From Candidatus Gastranaerophilales bacterium (GTDB taxonomy: Bacteria; Cyanobacteriota; Vampirovibrionia; Gastranaerophilales; UBA9971): DNA of 54,361 nt. Under the pieces are notes generated by a model. It searched no databases. It was not told the origin of the DNA and saw only the letters and a program-made list of their open reading frames with translations. The translations under genes and the position numbers were made by a program. Location of the stretch: positions 1 through 54,361 of the forward strand of contig JANQIY010000092.1 in assembly GCA_028281965.1 (NCBI GenBank), read 5' to 3'. Of the stretch, positions 26,429 to 34,572 are shown one piece after another; the stretch's first letter is position 1; the number at the start of each line of letters is the position of its first letter.

Positions 26429-26926
26429 TTAAATTGTCATATAAGGAATTTCCAGCTGAATTTTACTTCTGTAGCCGTAAATAATACTCTTAAACTGTTG
26501 TAATTTTTGCACAGGAATCCTTTGAGGTTTTTCCTCGTAAAAATGCCTGTAGCTGAAATCCCAATGGCCCGCGTGAATGCCCTTTTTTTCGATTAATTGG
26601 TATCTTCCGTCAAGGATCCCATATAAAACAGCCCGCTTATAACCCTGCTTAAGAGCAAAATCAAGTGCAAAGGAAGCTACGGTATAAGCGCCGAACAAGT
26701 CTATATTTGGCTCAAAAGGCAAATAAGGCTCATACAAGCTCCCGTTTCTCTTGTATACGCAGTTTCCAAAGCTTTTATTATCTATCCATAACCGGTAATC
26801 TACAAAAGGAAAGAACTCGGGGAAGCGGTTAAGACCTATTGAAGGATATTCCTTCAACAAGTCAAAAACCTCATCCCCAAGTTCAGAAATACGGTCAGAA
26901 CAGCCGAAAATTTGTATTGTATCCAT
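26429..26926 (-). CDS. hypothetical protein (faint MptE/Maf DUF115-like pattern)
   Basis: 165 aa between the tube and TAC genes. The pattern GAYTVASFALDFALKQGYKRAVLYGILDG resembles the T-V...A...A...G....I.L.G.D block of DUF115-type folds. The assignment is weak. Confidence 0.4.
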   Translation of the reverse strand: MDTIQIFGCSDRISELGDEVFDLLKEYPSIGLNRFPEFFPFVDYRLWIDNKSFGNCVYKRNGSLYEPYLPFEPNIDLFGAYTVASFALDFALKQGYKRAVLYGILDGRYQLIEKKGIHAGHWDFSYRHFYEEKPQRIPVQKLQQFKSIIYGYRSKIQLEIPYMTI

Positions 26927-26970
26927 CTGAGTACCTTTTGTCAGAGAGGAGGGTGACTGACTTATAGCTA

Positions 26971-27525
26971 TTAACTTATAGCAGTTGCAGACTCATTGAA
27001 CACAATGGACTTAATCTGGCCGTTATTAACAGTCCTGACGGCTTTTGCCTTGAAGTTAATAGTGGCAAAGCCGTCTTCAATGCTGTAATCCAGGCTTTGG
27101 ATCTTGCATTTTTTGAACTGGATATGAATATCGGAAATATCCCCGGCATCAGCATGAGCTTTTGCAGAAGCTATTTCCAGGAAGAAGTAACCGGGAATAT
27201 TATTATACTCAAGGGCATAGGTCTGAGTCTCCTCAGAACCGGAGCCGCCCGCGGAAATTTCGCCGCCTGTAAATATGTTTAAGACATCCAGGGGAACCCT
27301 TGCGATAGCCCCGCTGATGTCAGCCGACTGCAGGACTGATTCCACGGCCTGCACCTGGTCATCATGCTTTAGCTCGTAGTTTTCCCGGTTTTCAGTGATG
27401 TTTAAATTTTTAATAGGAACGTCATAAAGAGTCCCTTTTGCATAAGAAGTTGTATTATCAGCAGATATTGCGGCAACCTTACAGTCGGAAATACCGCGAA
27501 AAGCCGCTGTCTTACTTATAGTCAT
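26971..27525 (-). CDS. major tail (tube) protein, phi13-family-like
   Basis: The ATG at 27525 is preceded by AAAGGAGAG. The N-terminus FRGISDCKVAAISADNTTSYAKGTLYDVP..NLNITEN fits siphovirus major tail proteins. The track start 27579 lies inside the upstream gene. Confidence 0.6.
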   Translation of the reverse strand: MTISKTAAFRGISDCKVAAISADNTTSYAKGTLYDVPIKNLNITENRENYELKHDDQVQAVESVLQSADISGAIARVPLDVLNIFTGGEISAGGSGSEETQTYALEYNNIPGYFFLEIASAKAHADAGDISDIHIQFKKCKIQSLDYSIEDGFATINFKAKAVRTVNNGQIKSIVFNESATAIS

Positions 27526-27538
27526 GTTGTTCTCTCCT

Positions 27539-27943
27539 TTATGAGTAATTCTCTGTCGGAACGGTAAAAGAAAAGGCATACTGCCACAGACCGTTCTCTT
27601 CTGCTAAAAAATCAACTTTTGTCAGGTACATCTTGTTGCACCCGGTAGGAGTGAACCCCGTTAAAGCTGAGATTATATTATCAATATATGAATATGCCCC
27701 GTTTTTATCACGAAGACCTTTTATAAGAAGGGTTAAGCCGAAATCCAGACTTACGGTCTGCTGTAAAAGAACGTTTTCTTCCGGCACGCCATAGCTTCCA
27801 CCCTGAAAATGCACTAATATAGCGCCTTTAGGATGAAGCAGTTTATAATCCTCAGGCTTATCAGGAAAACCTTCTATCTTAAGATCGGTTATGCTTGCCT
27901 GTAATTTTGAAATTATATCTTTTTCAATGGTATTTATGCTCAT
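27539..27943 (-). CDS. head-tail connector protein (Mu gp37 / DUF1834-like)
   Basis: 134 aa, assigned from position and the N-terminal I..L......L.IEGFPDKPEDY...HPKGAILVHFQGG pattern. Confidence 0.45.
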   Translation of the reverse strand: MSINTIEKDIISKLQASITDLKIEGFPDKPEDYKLLHPKGAILVHFQGGSYGVPEENVLLQQTVSLDFGLTLLIKGLRDKNGAYSYIDNIISALTGFTPTGCNKMYLTKVDFLAEENGLWQYAFSFTVPTENYS

Positions 27944-28407
27944 AAATCATACTCGTCCCATTTGCCTGAATCATAATACTTATTAACAGAAGATGAAGAG
28001 CCGGATTTATTTGTCTTTATTGTCGGGTTATTAAACCCCTCAGAAGACTCAACCCCTAAATTAAATAACCCTTTTTGAATTTGGGTAAGAATTTTTATGA
28101 CGTTCTGGTATTTTTCGCTGATGCTCTGTGGAACTTCAGTGTACATCCTGCGGGAATATAACCTGTAGACCACGAAATCCGCGGCGATATATCTTAGCTC
28201 GTCAGGAACCTGCACCAGGGGAAGGTCATACCTTCCCCGCAGGTAGCCGTCAATTATATTGTCCACATAGGCGATAGCTTCCGTTATTTTGGAAGTATCG
28301 GCAAAATCCCCGCCCGTATCGTTGGTAAGTTGTACCAGGTCGTCGTTTGAAATAATTGATTGTATATCACTGGTTGAACAATAGCTCATAATTTTCTCCT
28401 TTGTCAC
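27940..28407 (-). CDS. head-tail adaptor (Mu gp36 / DUF1320-like)
   Basis: 155 aa. YCSTSDIQSIISNDDLVQLTND...ITEAIAYVDNIIDGYLRGRYDLPL matches the DUF1320 pattern. Confidence 0.6.
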   Translation of the reverse strand: MTKEKIMSYCSTSDIQSIISNDDLVQLTNDTGGDFADTSKITEAIAYVDNIIDGYLRGRYDLPLVQVPDELRYIAADFVVYRLYSRRMYTEVPQSISEKYQNVIKILTQIQKGLFNLGVESSEGFNNPTIKTNKSGSSSSVNKYYDSGKWDEYDL

Positions 28408-28434
28408 CCCGTATTAAAGAACAGGGTCTGTATA

Positions 28435-28460
28435 GATTCCGAATTAAGCCCGGAATGACA
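28435..28460 (-). repeat. TGTCAYYCCG-type hairpin repeat
   Basis: The minus strand reads tgtcattccgggcttaattcggaatc, 6 nt after the capsid stop codon. Confidence 0.7.
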
Positions 28461-28465
28461 AATCA

Positions 28466-29467
28466 CTATGTCACAATAGTGTCTTTAAACATATAACCTG
28501 CTTCCGCGCAAACCTGAAGCTGGTCACGGAGTTCCCCAACCTCGTAAACATCCTGGTGGTTAGAGGCTTCTCTCCATTTCATAACTCTTTCATGCCCGCC
28601 GCCTTCTTCCTCGTCAAATTTATCGTTTATTATAAGCCCGGCAGACATTACCCTTAAACCGAGACGTTTTGGATAGGCGTAAAGTAAAGCCATTCCGTTT
28701 GTCCCGTTAATTTTCCATACCCTTGAGGCCGTAAATTCTGTTCCGGCCTTTGTTTCCCTGGCGGTATTCTCAATAACCGACGGCACAATCACTTTATCTA
28801 TTTTTAGCATTCTTGCAAGCATATCCGGTGTAATAGATTCGGCAGAAGTATATTTAAACTGCTCTTTCACGCCGGGAATTTCAGTTACCTGGTCAAATGT
28901 TAAATCATCCACAAGCAGTCTAATTTCCATATTAGCGCCGGAAACAATGCCTTTTGACCTGAGAACCTGCAGTGCAGTCCTTATATCAGCCACAAAAGTG
29001 TTGACTCCCGCATCGGAAGCCCACTGCCCGTTAGCGTCAGAGCCTCCGGGGGCACCATCTGCCCAGGTGGCCGTCGTAATTAACGAAGCGACTTCCGATT
29101 CTCTTTTAAGCATAACTTTTCTTTTGGCAAGCTCAATTGCTTCTATATCGGGCTGTAGAGGTTGAGCAGACTGTTTTTTAGCGTTTCTCCTTAATTCATC
29201 AGTAATAGGAACCGCGAAAGCTGTTTCAACAGTACTGTAAGAGACTTCTGTAGTTTTAAAACCGCCTCTTCTTGCCTCGCCGCCTTCTCCCCTGACGTCA
29301 GCATCGTTTCTGAAGTAATCAGCAGGGAGGTACTTGGTAATTTTCATTGTCGGGGCATTGGTTTGAAGCACCGGAAAAACCTGTTCAGCCAGGAATTCCG
29401 GGGACTGGTAAAAAATTGAAGCGTTTTTAAGAGCGCTTGCTGTAACAATATTTTTTCCTATGACCAT
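28466..29467 (-). CDS. major capsid protein
   Basis: 333 aa. It follows the protease/scaffold and DUF2190-like genes, has a strong AAAGGAGAAAT RBS, and has size and position typical of HK97-fold coat proteins. Confidence 0.65.
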   Translation of the reverse strand: MVIGKNIVTASALKNASIFYQSPEFLAEQVFPVLQTNAPTMKITKYLPADYFRNDADVRGEGGEARRGGFKTTEVSYSTVETAFAVPITDELRRNAKKQSAQPLQPDIEAIELAKRKVMLKRESEVASLITTATWADGAPGGSDANGQWASDAGVNTFVADIRTALQVLRSKGIVSGANMEIRLLVDDLTFDQVTEIPGVKEQFKYTSAESITPDMLARMLKIDKVIVPSVIENTARETKAGTEFTASRVWKINGTNGMALLYAYPKRLGLRVMSAGLIINDKFDEEEGGGHERVMKWREASNHQDVYEVGELRDQLQVCAEAGYMFKDTIVT

Positions 29468-29525
29468 TTATATTTCTCCTTTTTAATCTATAAAAATTTT
29501 TTGTGTGTCATAATAAGTTAATTTC

Positions 29526-29918
29526 CTATGATAAACCGACATAAGGTGTAAGAAGTACACTGCAAAGGTCGCCGTCAGCTCCTGAAGCCCCGACAACACG
29601 TCCCATGGTTAAACTTTTTGTGCTTTCTGATGATGCAGCCTTACCGCAGTCAGCGTCTATTGAATACATTCCCTTAACAAAAGTTCCCTCATCCAGAGAA
29701 GCTTTTGCAACAACTTTAGAAATCCCCAGTATCCTGACAGTTGCTTCTTCTCCTTCTGCAGGGGCGTTTTGCAGAACTCCGTCCGGAAGCTCATTGCTTG
29801 CATCAAGAAGTTTTGCTTTGCCTGAGGTGTCAATTTTTACAAAATGATACTGGTAACTGCTGAGGTCCTCAGCGGCTTTAAAACTAAAATCCAGTACCGG
29901 TGAACTTTGAAATGCCAT
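29526..29918 (-). CDS. DUF2190-like head decoration / cement-type protein
   Basis: 130 aa. YQYHFVKIDTSGKAKL...PDGVLQNAPAEGEEATVRILGISKVVA matches the DUF2190 pattern usually encoded just before the capsid gene. Confidence 0.55.
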   Translation of the reverse strand: MAFQSSPVLDFSFKAAEDLSSYQYHFVKIDTSGKAKLLDASNELPDGVLQNAPAEGEEATVRILGISKVVAKASLDEGTFVKGMYSIDADCGKAASSESTKSLTMGRVVGASGADGDLCSVLLTPYVGLS

Positions 29919-29982
29919 AATTTATCTCCTTTTCTCTAAAATTTTTGACATTAACACAAATAATATTCATTGTGAAAAAGCT

Positions 29983-30063
29983 TGTCCCGGAGTTAATCCG
30001 GGGTGACAATGCTCACTTTTAAGTAAATAATAAACATCTGTCATCCCGGGCTTGGCCCGGGAT
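29983..30063. repeat. inverted pair of TGTCAYYCCG-type hairpin repeats
   Basis: gtcccggagttaatccggggtgaca (29983-30007, rc orientation) and tgtcatcccgggcttggcccgggatc (30038-30063). Confidence 0.7.
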
Positions 30064-30128
30064 CTGATTAATTAACATTAAAAAGTAAGCCTTGTATATT
30101 AGATTCCGCATAGAATACGGTTGGTTTC

Positions 30129-31040
30129 CTAAATCTCCATGGCGGCTTTTTCGGCGAGCTCGGGGTTTTCCATCTGTACAAGGCTTAATGCCTCGCTATA
30201 GCTGATGTTATCTTTTCCGGCGCGTTCCTCGGTAAGCAGGTTTATCTGCTCGGAAGCAAGCGACTGCCTGACCATTTCCTCTTTTACAACTTCCCCAAAA
30301 TGAACGATAGGCGGCTGTTTTTCCAGATAGTCCCTGAACTTGTCCACTACATAAACGTTGCCCTCTGAAAATTCATACTCTCCAATCTGGTGCATAACTT
30401 CCATAAGCTCAACCACGTCATCCCGGAGCTCGGAAACAATTTTCCCGCCGGAATGAAGCCGGTTTACGAATTCCTTAAACTCGGATAACCTGTTTTTCTT
30501 TTGCTCTTCTTTAAGTTGGGCCTTTAGCCTGCTTACTTCTGATTCCCTGTCAGTTTTTCTTGCTGTCATTGATTGTGACCCCCTTGTCTTTTGACTAAAT
30601 GCTTTTTCTCCTGACCCGTTTTTATCGTTAAATTCGATGGTGATACTTTCATTCTCGCAGAATTTTATATCCGCTAATCCCTTTATAGCAGGAGGGACTG
30701 CCCCTAAAAACCCGATATGCCTTAATGAAAAATCAGGATAAAGAGAAATTGAACGTTTTTTGTATAACCCGCGCTTAACAGCGTCAATAAATTCAGGTAT
30801 TAACTGCTTGAAGCGGGCGTATAATTTTTTCCCGTCAGTTTTAAGCCCTGCAACCCAGCCGAAAGCAGGGGCGTTATCTTTTGGATGCCCGACTACTACA
30901 GGAGCTTCATGTTGTTTTGCGTTGTAATTTTTCACTATTTTTTCAAGGTCAGAGGTTGTCCAGTTTTTTGTATTGCCGGAAGAGTCGGTCTGTTCCCCGG
31001 CTTGAAAAACCTCCACCCACTGGTTTTCAAAAAAATTCAT
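30129..31040 (-). CDS. capsid maturation protease / scaffold (Mu gpI-like)
   Basis: 303 aa. N-terminus EVFQAGEQTDSSGN...EAPVVVGHPKDNAPAFGWV with a helical charged C-terminal half. It sits between the portal and capsid genes. Confidence 0.55.
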   Translation of the reverse strand: MNFFENQWVEVFQAGEQTDSSGNTKNWTTSDLEKIVKNYNAKQHEAPVVVGHPKDNAPAFGWVAGLKTDGKKLYARFKQLIPEFIDAVKRGLYKKRSISLYPDFSLRHIGFLGAVPPAIKGLADIKFCENESITIEFNDKNGSGEKAFSQKTRGSQSMTARKTDRESEVSRLKAQLKEEQKKNRLSEFKEFVNRLHSGGKIVSELRDDVVELMEVMHQIGEYEFSEGNVYVVDKFRDYLEKQPPIVHFGEVVKEEMVRQSLASEQINLLTEERAGKDNISYSEALSLVQMENPELAEKAAMEI

Positions 31041-31130
31041 ATTTTTTCTCCATTATTTTTTTAGAATTGGTCTCAAAAATCAAAAATTTTAATTTTGAGA
31101 CAGATTCTAAATTAAAAACCCCGTTAAGGC

Positions 31131-31331
31131 CTAAATTCCCTTTGTCAAAGATAAAAAAGGCCTTGCAAAGACTGTTTTTTTCTGCTCCCTGAGCATTGAT
31201 TCCTTAAACCGGAGAACAGCCATATAACTGTTATAAGCCTTTACCGTTTCTTTATACCCGGAAAACGCCGGATATTTATCTGAATAAGGCAAAACCGGCC
31301 GGCTTAAAATTCCCGTGTCAGAATTACTCAT
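31131..31331 (-). CDS. hypothetical small protein
   Basis: 66-aa ORF overlapping the portal stop by 8 nt, with no recognisable motif. Confidence 0.3.
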   Translation of the reverse strand: MSNSDTGILSRPVLPYSDKYPAFSGYKETVKAYNSYMAVLRFKESMLREQKKTVFARPFLSLTKGI

Positions 31332-32571
31332 CTTTTACTCCCCTTGAATCTTTGCTGTCAATCTCAAAATCCCTGTCATTAAGCCCATAATTTTCAATAT
31401 AATAAGACTTAGAAAACTTAACGCCCTGCTTAACAAGAATCTCATCACGTTCCGCCAGGGCCTTGTTAACGTCTTCTTCCTCAAACATGGAAAATTCGGG
31501 AATTTCGCCGCTGTTGAAGTTAATTTCCCAAATCCACCTGATAAGGCGGTTATGAGTCCTCTCCACAATTTTTTTATCAGAATAAACAATATCCTTTCTC
31601 ACCTCTGCATGAACCTTCCCAAGCGCATAAGAACCTGTCCCCTTGCTGGTTATGTCAGTTGTCAGGGTCTGCCCGAGAATTGCCTTTGAAATAGAGCTGT
31701 CACAGGTATTTATAAGGTTCTCGTACAGGTCAGAACTGGTGTTTCTGTTGCCCGGCTCAATAAAATTAAGCTCGGCATCATCGGAAATAACAGCCACAGC
31801 ATCCATTACCATAGCTTCCAGTTGGTCTTTCATGTTTTCCCGGTCAGAATCCATGGTTGAGCGGGGAAGCTTTCCGACGATATAGGGCATTCCGTATTTT
31901 TCAGCAAACGTTACCCACCATTTAAACCCTGATTTCTTAAAAGTAACGGGCCAGAAACACGAGGACAAAACCCTGTCCCCATAAGGGTTGTAGTAGTGGT
32001 TATTTATATCGTTATAAGTCGGCGTCAGGAACTTTTTATCAGGCAAAACCTCTCCGCTGATGCAGTTATTTATTGTGGACAGCCTCAATTTTGAGTCCTT
32101 ATCATATAAAAACCATTCCTGGTTTTTGGGGATAAGCTCAACAGGCAGGATATAATTCCCAACCTTGCCCCAGATGACTTCTATAGGCTGAAACCCGAAC
32201 ATCGGCGCATTGAGGATTGCCTGGTTAAAAGCGTGAATATCAAGATCATTATACAGGTCATAAATGAGCTTAGCCTGTTTTGACTTGCTTTTACCCTTGT
32301 CTATTTCCCACAGGAGACTTAGTATCCCTGATTTCCTGCTGTTAACGCACGCCCTGACCTGTGAATCCACCATTAACTTACGGTAAGCGGAAACATCCTT
32401 ACCGGTATTTTGAAGGATTTCATCAGGGTCGGGAAGATATCCCAGGATAAAATTAAGGTCAACCCGCTCACGTTTTGCTAACTCCTGCCCTAACAGCCTG
32501 GGCGCTTCTTTGTAGTGATATTTTGCCCTTTGCTGCGGTGTTTTTTTCTTAAAAAAATCAAGTAAATTCAT
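31324..32571 (-). CDS. portal protein (Mu gp29 / DUF935-like)
   Basis: 415 aa. N-terminal LPDPDEILQNTGKDVSAYRKLMVDSQVRACVNSRKSG matches the DUF935 portal signature. Confidence 0.7.
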   Translation of the reverse strand: MNLLDFFKKKTPQQRAKYHYKEAPRLLGQELAKRERVDLNFILGYLPDPDEILQNTGKDVSAYRKLMVDSQVRACVNSRKSGILSLLWEIDKGKSKSKQAKLIYDLYNDLDIHAFNQAILNAPMFGFQPIEVIWGKVGNYILPVELIPKNQEWFLYDKDSKLRLSTINNCISGEVLPDKKFLTPTYNDINNHYYNPYGDRVLSSCFWPVTFKKSGFKWWVTFAEKYGMPYIVGKLPRSTMDSDRENMKDQLEAMVMDAVAVISDDAELNFIEPGNRNTSSDLYENLINTCDSSISKAILGQTLTTDITSKGTGSYALGKVHAEVRKDIVYSDKKIVERTHNRLIRWIWEINFNSGEIPEFSMFEEEDVNKALAERDEILVKQGVKFSKSYYIENYGLNDRDFEIDSKDSRGVKDE

Positions 32572-32618
32572 TATTTTACCTCTTTATATCCGGCTATTTT
32601 TAAGCATAAAGCGACGCT

Positions 32619-32654
32619 AAAAAACGTCCTGAACTTTACCAGAACGTTTTTTTT
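32619..32654 (-). terminator. intrinsic terminator closing the TerL-portal moron
   Basis: The minus-strand RNA reads AAAACGUUCUG-GUAAAGUU-CAGGACGUUUUUU. The single imperfect position is a G-U pair on this strand only, and a U6 tract follows. Confidence 0.6.
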
Positions 32655-32693
32655 AAAATTATTTAAGATTCCTAAAAAAGAAATAACAACTTT

Positions 32694-32882
32694 TTATGTT
32701 TTACAGAAAACCAGTTCTTTTTTAGCCTGTTCTATATGCTGTGCACAATCATTACAAATATAACTGCTATTTCTTCTGATAAATTTTAAATCTGAAAGGT
32801 TTTGATTTCCGCAATAATAGCAACTTGCATTTTTATCAATTTTCTTTCTTTTTATGAATTTTTTTATTGTTGTAATAATCAT
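32694..32882 (-). CDS. stand-alone ClpX-type C4 zinc-finger protein
   Basis: 62 aa. SCYYCGNQNLSDLKFIRRNSSYICNDCAQHI parallels the ClpX N-terminal CSFCGK....V.KLI.G...YICDECV. Cys residues at 21, 24, 43 and 46. AGAGG RBS. Confidence 0.6.
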   Translation of the reverse strand: MIITTIKKFIKRKKIDKNASCYYCGNQNLSDLKFIRRNSSYICNDCAQHIEQAKKELVFCKT

Positions 32883-32970
32883 TTTACTTTTACCTCTTTA
32901 GTTATATTAAAACAAAAACCAAAAAATTTTTTCACTTTCATAATTGATTTTTTACTAATCTATACAAATT

Positions 32971-34485
32971 TTAGGATTTTATCGACATTGCCTGATGATA
33001 AGCATCTCTTATTTTATAGTTAAAGTCGTGATTAATTTTGAATTCAGGATCTTCGTTAAAGTAAGTTGCGTCTTTGCTTCCCTGGTGTCTATTATAGCCT
33101 ATAAATCCACGCTGATATAATATTAGCATCAAAGCATCGATATTATGATCACAATAATCATGTAAAAACTTTTTTTCTTTATTTTCATCCCATGCATGAC
33201 TTACACATAAATCATTTAAAATTTTATTTATTTCATTATAAGAGTAAATTGGTTTATTTCCTTCAAATACTATTATTATGGGTTCAATGTCCCAGGTCCA
33301 AATTGTTTTAAAATAATTTTTTAGCTCGCTTAATTTTTGCTGAGAAAAAGTTAACGAAAGCCTTCTTAGCTCATCTTTATTTAATTTTTCTCCTTTTTCT
33401 ATGCAAGAATCTATACATACTTTATAAACTTGAAGAATGTCCCTTGGTGTTCCAGTTGTTGTTTTATATAAATCTTTAAAATCGATATTAGAAGTAAATA
33501 TTTCTTTAAAGTCATTTATTTTAAAAAATTCCAGCCGTTTATTAAGAATTTTTTGACAGCCTGAAGGATTCCACCTCAAATAACGAACGTAATCATTGTT
33601 TATTTTATCCTGAATGTGTCTTAAGTTAATTTCTTTGTAAACTGATTCAAGTAAAGTCGTAATTACTTTGAATTTTGATTTTTTATTTAAGTAATGGATA
33701 GACTGAATTAAACCCTCTATATATAATTTTGAAAAAGCAGTGTTATCCCAGGCTTCATCCAAATCATCAATAAGAACAAAATAACTTCCCTGTTTATCAA
33801 GCTCATCTAATTTATTAACGAATTCATCCATAAATTTTAAACTTTTATTAAATTTATCAACAATGTCGAGCTCTTTTTCTGTTTTTAAATTTTTTGCGTC
33901 AATACCTCCCTCTATGGAAGTTTCTGTTTTTACCATTTTGAAATCAAAGATGATTTTTTGGCTTCCTTTAATGAAAAAATCGAAAGAATTACCTTTTTTG
34001 GTTATGCCAAAAAAGTCATCAATTTCTTTAAAATAAGGGTTTGTAAATCTTGTAAACCCCTGATCAAAAATATTTTTATTTTCAAATATTTTTTTTGCTA
34101 TTGCTGAACATACTATAAACATCCACAAAAGCTTAAAAGCATATCTTTTTTCGCTAAAGTTTTCATCTGTAAAAAATTCAGATAAAGCTCTTTGAGACGA
34201 AACTACCCCAAAATCTCGATTACTTATATTTATAATTGACTTTGAGTTATTGATATTTCTAACTTGTTGGAGAATGGCGCTTTTCCCCGTACCCTTTTCG
34301 CCAATCATGATAGAAAGTGAATTATTAATATCTTTTATATGTTCATATACTGTATTTTCAACGAAATAATTACTTAAATTTAAATCCCTTTCTGCTTCAG
34401 TAGGACCTAAATTAATACTTTTTAATAATTCTAAAGGAATTCCAGCTTCTTTTTTAGGCGTTTTCTTTGGTCTTAGTCTTGCCAT
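32971..34485 (-). CDS. P-loop NTPase (AAA+/STAND-like), family unassigned
   Basis: 504 aa. Walker A GEKGTGKS (aa 62-69), Walker B YFVLIDDLDE (aa 235-244) and a sensor-like TGTPRDIL. The gene is visibly more AT-rich than the flanking terminase and portal genes. Confidence 0.7.
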   Translation of the reverse strand: MARLRPKKTPKKEAGIPLELLKSINLGPTEAERDLNLSNYFVENTVYEHIKDINNSLSIMIGEKGTGKSAILQQVRNINNSKSIINISNRDFGVVSSQRALSEFFTDENFSEKRYAFKLLWMFIVCSAIAKKIFENKNIFDQGFTRFTNPYFKEIDDFFGITKKGNSFDFFIKGSQKIIFDFKMVKTETSIEGGIDAKNLKTEKELDIVDKFNKSLKFMDEFVNKLDELDKQGSYFVLIDDLDEAWDNTAFSKLYIEGLIQSIHYLNKKSKFKVITTLLESVYKEINLRHIQDKINNDYVRYLRWNPSGCQKILNKRLEFFKINDFKEIFTSNIDFKDLYKTTTGTPRDILQVYKVCIDSCIEKGEKLNKDELRRLSLTFSQQKLSELKNYFKTIWTWDIEPIIIVFEGNKPIYSYNEINKILNDLCVSHAWDENKEKKFLHDYCDHNIDALMLILYQRGFIGYNRHQGSKDATYFNEDPEFKINHDFNYKIRDAYHQAMSIKS

Positions 34486-34517
34486 ATTAAATATTTATAC
34501 TTATATTATAAACTTTA

Positions 34518-34545
34518 ATTATAAATCAAAACCATAAATAATCAA
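34518..34545 (-). promoter_or_regulatory. sigma70-type promoter TTGATT-16-TATAAT
   Basis: On the minus strand the -35 is at 34545-34540 and the -10 at 34523-34518. It lies between the TerL stop and the NTPase ATG. Confidence 0.5.
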
Positions 34546-34572
34546 TTAGCGTTAACCCGTTTTATGACCTAT

